The notes beneath the pieces were generated by a model. It did no database searches, was not told where the DNA came from, and worked only from the letters and a program-made list of their open reading frames with translations. A stretch of DNA of 64,000 bases from Azolla caroliniana (Eukaryota > Plantae > Polypodiophyta). The stretch is from the NCBI GenBank assembly GCA_043228905.1, contig JBHGNT010000006.1, positions 19,406,001-19,470,000 of the forward strand, in the 5' to 3' direction. Shown piece after piece: positions 62,801 to 64,000 of this stretch; the stretch's first letter is position 1; the number at the start of each line of letters is the position of its first letter. A program made the translations under genes and the position numbers.

Positions 62801-64000
62801 GAACTGCCCCCGGTATTCCCCTCCGTTATCCGCTCGTATCGCTTTCAGCTTCTTGCCGGATTCCCTTTCCACTCTCGCGTGGAGTTCTTTGAAGACGCAC
62901 AACACTTGGTCCTTTGTCTTCAGCGGTGCCGTCCACAGCTTCCGGCTATGATCATCAATGAATGTTACGAAGTACTGGGCTCCGCCATGTGACTTCGTTT
63001 CTACCTGACACACATCAGTGTGCACCAACTCCAATGGTGCGCTACGTCTCGTCGGTGGCCTTGAGTGGAAGGAGGTTCGGTTCTGCTTACCGGCCAGGCA
63101 ATCGGTGCACTTCTCCAGGTGCACATGCTTCACTGGAATAAGGTTGTCATCTGCAAGCCTCTTCATCCCCTTCTCACTCATGTGGCACAGTCTTTTGTGC
63201 CACAGCTCACCGGCAGTGTCGGCTGCCACATTCAGCTCTTCCGGACATAACCGGGCATTCATCAGGTACAGTGTGTTGTCTTTCCGGGCCCGAGCCACTA
63301 TCAGGCTCCCCTTGCTGAACTTCATTACGCCGTTCCGGATGCTACCTGTGTAGCCTTCATCGTCTAGCCTCCCGGCCGAAATCAGGTTCAATCGAACCTC
63401 CGGAACGTGTCGGACATCCTTCAGCAGCATTTTGCATCCGGTCGGGGTTGTCAACCACACGTCTCCTATGCCGGAAATCCGGCACGTACCTTCATTCCCC
63501 ATCCGAACACAGCCATGCTCACCGGCTGTGTAGGATGAGAAGTATCTTCTCTCCGGGGTCAGGTGGAACGATGCTCCGGAATCGACCACCCAGGTCGTCT
63601 CATCGCCGGCAATGTTTAGTTCACCTTCTTCGGTGATGAGCATGATTTCTTCCTCACTTGGCGCGAGTGCCGTTGTTCCTTTCCGGTCCTGCCCTCGCCG
63701 ATCCGAACCTCTCCGGTCCGTGGCTCCCCGGTATGCACTGTTTCTCTCCGGTGACTTCTTCGAATCGGTGTCGTCGGCTCCGTTGTCTTTTCGGTAATGC
63801 CGACAATTCTTTCGGAAGTGCCCCGGCTTCCCATAGTGGAAGCATGTGGGCCTTCCTCTTGACTGCGACCGGGTCCCCGACTTCTCCCGTCTTTGCGGAC
63901 TCCGGTTCCATTGTCTTCCCCGATCCGATTCGGTAAGCAGCGCTTTCGAGTCGGAGGCCGGTTCTTTATCTCTTCGACGCGCTTCTTCGTTCAAAATACT
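59843..64000 (-). mobile_element. Young Tnt1/Tork-like Ty1/copia element; 3' LTR 59843-60456; runs off the window edge
   Basis: LTR with 8-bp terminal inverted repeats TGTTGGGA/TCCCAACA, adjacent PPT GAAGGGGGAG and an uninterrupted pol. Confidence 0.95.
60467..64000 (-). CDS. Ty1/copia gag-pol polyprotein (5' part outside the window)
   Basis: At least 1175 codons with no stop: WVVDSGASFH, LWHKRLCH/CTDC, FIDDHSR/IRADNGGEY/GLAERMN, QMDVKTAFLHG, YVDD, and RNase H FTDSD/CDSQSA. Confidence 0.95.
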   Translation of the reverse strand, partial: SILNEEARRRDKEPASDSKALLTESDRGRQWNRSPQRREKSGTRSQSRGRPTCFHYGKPGHFRKNCRHYRKDNGADDTDSKKSPERNSAYRGATDRRGSDRRGQDRKGTTALAPSEEEIMLITEEGELNIAGDETTWVVDSGASFHLTPERRYFSSYTAGEHGCVRMGNEGTCRISGIGDVWLTTPTGCKMLLKDVRHVPEVRLNLISAGRLDDEGYTGSIRNGVMKFSKGSLIVARARKDNTLYLMNARLCPEELNVAADTAGELWHKRLCHMSEKGMKRLADDNLIPVKHVHLEKCTDCLAGKQNRTSFHSRPPTRRSAPLELVHTDVCQVETKSHGGAQYFVTFIDDHSRKLWTAPLKTKDQVLCVFKELHARVERESGKKLKAIRADNGGEYRGQFQEYCRSKGIRLEFTVPKTPELNGLAERMNRTIMERVWSMLAHAKLPKGFWAEAMSTATYVINRSPSVPLDGDTPQKVWTGKEVSYRHLKVFGCLAYVHVAKDRRGKLDPKTRPCIFLGYGDDEFGYRVWDPVDKKIFRSRDIIFMEDKTLADWESEKKMKSSKSTGEDQLYEEQSRPARDRLALEDPAEDGEETEPAEEDENDTGTGPDPEMDSDEEESEEPVTEAPERRYPLRERRAPRRFPEPEHVLLTDEGEPESFEEAKHDTQSRRWLSAMQDEMDSLHENHTYELVELPKGKRALRNKWVFKLKPGDAGNPPRYKARIVVKGFQQKKGVDFDEIFAPVVKMTSIRTVLSIAASMDLEVEQMDVKTAFLHGDLDEEIYMQQPEGFEKKGKEHLVCRLKKSLYGLKQAPRQWYRKFDSFMTDEGYLKTQSDHCVFVKKFEGGDFLILLLYVDDMLIVGRDQVKIRMLKKALHRTFSMKDLGPARQILGMHIIRDRKKKQLWLSQEKYVTKVLHRFNMSEARPVGSTLPANCKLSSKQSPKTKAEKEDMMKVPYASAVGSLMYAMVCTRPDIGYAVGVVSRYMSNPGKEHWNAAKWILRYLKGTANVCLRFGSGKPELDGFTDSDMSADADTSRSTSGYVMTYAGGAVSWQSRLQKTVALSTTEVEYMAAVEAGKEIIWMKDFIRELGIRQEEYRLYCDSQSAIHLAKNAAYHSRTKHIQRRYHWIRERIEDKEFVLTKIHRDENGSDMLTKVLTPDKLEACRKRIGLERHPMPK

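Noticed and set aside
60482-63936. Many plus-strand and alternate-frame ORFs over the copia pol
   Set aside because: Shadow ORFs of a GC-rich coding sequence.
1-64000. CRISPR arrays, rRNA genes or prokaryotic operons
   Set aside because: None seen. The sequence is eukaryotic with spliceosomal introns, and its repeats are TE-derived or microsatellites.

Overview
Plant nuclear DNA. A non-seed plant such as a fern is inferred from the retroelement types, not proven. Positions 1-36 kb are a nest of mostly decayed Ty1/copia and Ty3/gypsy LTR retrotransposons, solo LTRs and fold-back repeats. One host gene can be reconstructed by hand at 37459-57394 (+): 14 coding exons, 468 aa, a DUF21(CNNM)+CBS magnesium-transporter-family protein similar to CBSDUF1/MGR. 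Its two largest introns hold about ten pieces of one LINE family, a copia remnant and a nested PPR-coding segment. The window ends in an intact-looking Tnt1-type copia element (-). The most unusual signals are: (1) a tRNA-derived A-box/B-box module in both LTRs of a tRNA-Trp-primed gypsy element, missing from a related solo LTR; (2) a G_GAU_UUU_UAG slippery site after the protease, conserved in two diverged gypsy families; (3) a Tat-like element with a tRNA-Arg-like 3' end where the polypurine tract should be; (4) a PPR segment between LTR-like repeats in the last intron; (5) inverted LINE copies flanking exons 9-13. Alignments were made by eye, so boundaries of decayed elements are approximate.
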